A stretch of DNA of 26,523 nt, from contig JBBDRF010000058.1 of NCBI GenBank assembly GCA_040905565.1, positions 1 to 26,523 of the forward strand, read 5' to 3'. Source of the DNA: Phycisphaeraceae bacterium (GTDB lineage: Bacteria > Planctomycetota > Phycisphaerae > Phycisphaerales > Zrk34). Below the pieces are notes generated by a model. It was not told where the DNA came from. It was given only the letters and a program-made list of their open reading frames with translations, and did not search any database. Shown in pieces: positions 24,843 through 26,523 of the stretch (the first letter of the stretch is position 1; the number at the start of each line of letters is the position of its first letter). The position numbers were made by a program, and so were the translations under genes.

Positions 24843-25835
24843 ATGAGCACGCTTAACGCCTACAACGGAATGTACGAGCTGGAGTTCGAGCGACCCCTGA
24901 CGGCGCTGGAGCGCCAGATCGCCGAACTTGAAACCAGCCAGACCACCGCCACGCCCGGCGTCGACTTTGCCAGCGAGGTGCGCAAGCTGCGGCAGTCGCA
25001 TACTGCCATGCTCAAGAAAATCTACGCCAATCTCAATGCGTGGAACACGGTCAAGGTTGCCCGTCACCCCGGCCGGCCACAGGCGATCGACTACATCCGT
25101 ACCTTCGTCAAAGACTTCGCCGAACTGCACGGCGACCGCCGCTTCGGCGACGACGCGGCCATCATCACCGGCTTCGGTCGCATCGGCGCGCACAAGTGTC
25201 TGGTCATCGCCCACAACAAGGGCAAAGACACCCGCGAGCGCATCGCCTGTCACTTCGGCTGCGCTCACCCGGAAGGCTACCGCAAAGCGCTTCGCTGCAT
25301 GAAGCTGGCTGAGAAGTTCAAGCTGCCCGTGGTCACGCTTATCGACACGCCCGGCGCTTATCCCGGCATCGGCGCGGAGGAGCGCGGCCAGGCTGAGGCC
25401 ATCGCGTTGAACCTGCGCGAGATGGCCGGGCTGAAAACGCCCATCGTCTGCGCCGTCATCGGGGAAGGCGCGTCCGGCGGCGCCCTGGGCATCGGCGTGG
25501 GCGACCGCCTGGCCATGATGCAATATGCCTGGTACAGCGTCATCAGTCCCGAAGGCTGCGCCGCCATTTTGTGGAAAACCGCCACGCCCGAAACCAATGC
25601 CGCCGCCGCCGACGCTCTCAAGCTCACCGCCAGCGACAACCTCAAGTACGGCACGATCGATCACGTCATCGACGAACCGCTCGGCGGCGCCCACCGCAAC
25701 CCCGCCGCCGCGTCGGACCAACTCGAAAAGTGGATCACGCAATCGCTGCGTGAACTGAAACGGTACAAGCTCGAGAACCTGCTTCAGAAGCGATACGAAC
25801 GCCTGCGGGCGGTGGGTGCGTACGAGAACGCGTGA
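24843..25835 (+). CDS. accA: Acetyl-CoA carboxylase carboxyltransferase subunit alpha
   Basis: LEFERP, ARHPGRP, ELHGDR, PEGYRKA, IDTPGAYPG, GEGASGGA and YSVISPEG. Confidence 0.97.
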   Translation: MSTLNAYNGMYELEFERPLTALERQIAELETSQTTATPGVDFASEVRKLRQSHTAMLKKIYANLNAWNTVKVARHPGRPQAIDYIRTFVKDFAELHGDRRFGDDAAIITGFGRIGAHKCLVIAHNKGKDTRERIACHFGCAHPEGYRKALRCMKLAEKFKLPVVTLIDTPGAYPGIGAEERGQAEAIALNLREMAGLKTPIVCAVIGEGASGGALGIGVGDRLAMMQYAWYSVISPEGCAAILWKTATPETNAAAADALKLTASDNLKYGTIDHVIDEPLGGAHRNPAAASDQLEKWITQSLRELKRYKLENLLQKRYERLRAVGAYENA

Positions 25836-25887
25836 TCTCGCTGCCGACCGCCGTGCGGCCGTCATCAACCATTGCAGGGCAACATCA

Positions 25888-26379
25888 ATGAACGCAACAC
25901 GGCAGCAACTGATGACCTCAGTGGGCCTCCTGATTCTGCGCCTCGGTATCGGCGGCTACATGCTCACGCACGGTTGGGGAAAGCTCAAGCTGCTCCTCGC
26001 CGGCGAATTTGACGCATTGGGCGATCCCGTCGGCCTGGGCGCACCTGCCACCCTGGTGCTGCTGGTGCTGGCCGAGTTCGTCTGCGCCTTGCTCGTCGTG
26101 GTGGGCCTCGCCACACGTCTCGCCGCCGTGCCGCTGGTCATTGCCATGGCGGTTGCTGCATTCCTCGCCCACGGCAGCGATCCGTGGACAACGGAGCAGG
26201 CGGTCGGCTTGTTCATGGCTGGGGAAACCGACTTTCCGTTGAGCAAGCAGCCAGCGTTGATGTTCCTGATCCCATTTCTTGCCCTGATCTTCACCGGCCC
26301 GGGCGGCTTCTCGATCGATGCCCTGCTCCGCCGCCGTGGCGCTCGCTCCGGCGTCACAAACGGTCAACAGCCGAACTGA
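25888..26379 (+). CDS. DoxX family membrane protein
   Basis: GLLILRL..G..MLTHGWGK, AEF..ALL..GLATRLAA and GPGGFSID. Confidence 0.9.
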   Translation: MNATRQQLMTSVGLLILRLGIGGYMLTHGWGKLKLLLAGEFDALGDPVGLGAPATLVLLVLAEFVCALLVVVGLATRLAAVPLVIAMAVAAFLAHGSDPWTTEQAVGLFMAGETDFPLSKQPALMFLIPFLALIFTGPGGFSIDALLRRRGARSGVTNGQQPN

Positions 26380-26403
26380 TCGGCATTCCTCTCGCTAAAC
26401 ACC

Positions 26404-26431
26404 TTGACAGAACCCGAACGGGCGTTATGCT
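26404..26431 (+). promoter_or_regulatory. Putative sigma70 promoter
   Basis: TTGACA (26404-26409), 16-bp spacer, TATGCT (26426-26431). Confidence 0.65.
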
Positions 26432-26482
26432 ACAGGTTCCGACCAGACACCGAACATCGACACCCCCTCCGGAGCCGTTATC

Positions 26483-26523
26483 ATGGTCAGCCTCAACGGA
26501 CGCACCGCCAATCGCACCGCCAA
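26483..26523 (+). CDS. Start of an unidentified CDS (truncated by the window edge)
   Basis: GGAG at 26471-26474, ATG at 26483, open to the edge (MVSLNGRTANRTA); lies downstream of the promoter. Confidence 0.45.
   Translation, partial: MVSLNGRTANRTA

Overview
High-GC bacterial chromosomal window; protein families and repeat style suggest Planctomycetota, possibly Phycisphaerae (inference). Housekeeping genes flank a ~14 kb uncharacterised membrane module. Left flank: zwf (5' part only), mnmG, a small Rho-N-like protein and sua5. Right flank: tsaB, der, a UbiD-family decarboxylase, proC, tyrA, accA and a DoxX protein. The module (4906-18787) has a P1B heavy-metal ATPase with no N-terminal metal-binding domain and unusual transmembrane ligands. 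It also has three SPFH/HflK-HflC-like proteins with no ftsH nearby (one fused to a polytopic membrane domain, one with a His-rich N-terminus), an ABC ATPase with an acidic tail, two different ABC-2-type permeases and a 714-aa membrane-anchored helical protein. Other layers: an internally deleted four-helix-bundle pseudogene, 7-mer and 8-mer tandem arrays (some as inverted pairs, some inside CDSs), two REP-like doublets, and one 19-bp palindrome embedded in both mnmG and sua5. Five genes have a -10 hexamer 6-9 nt before the ATG, suggesting leaderless mRNAs. No rRNA, tRNA, CRISPR array or transposase was seen.
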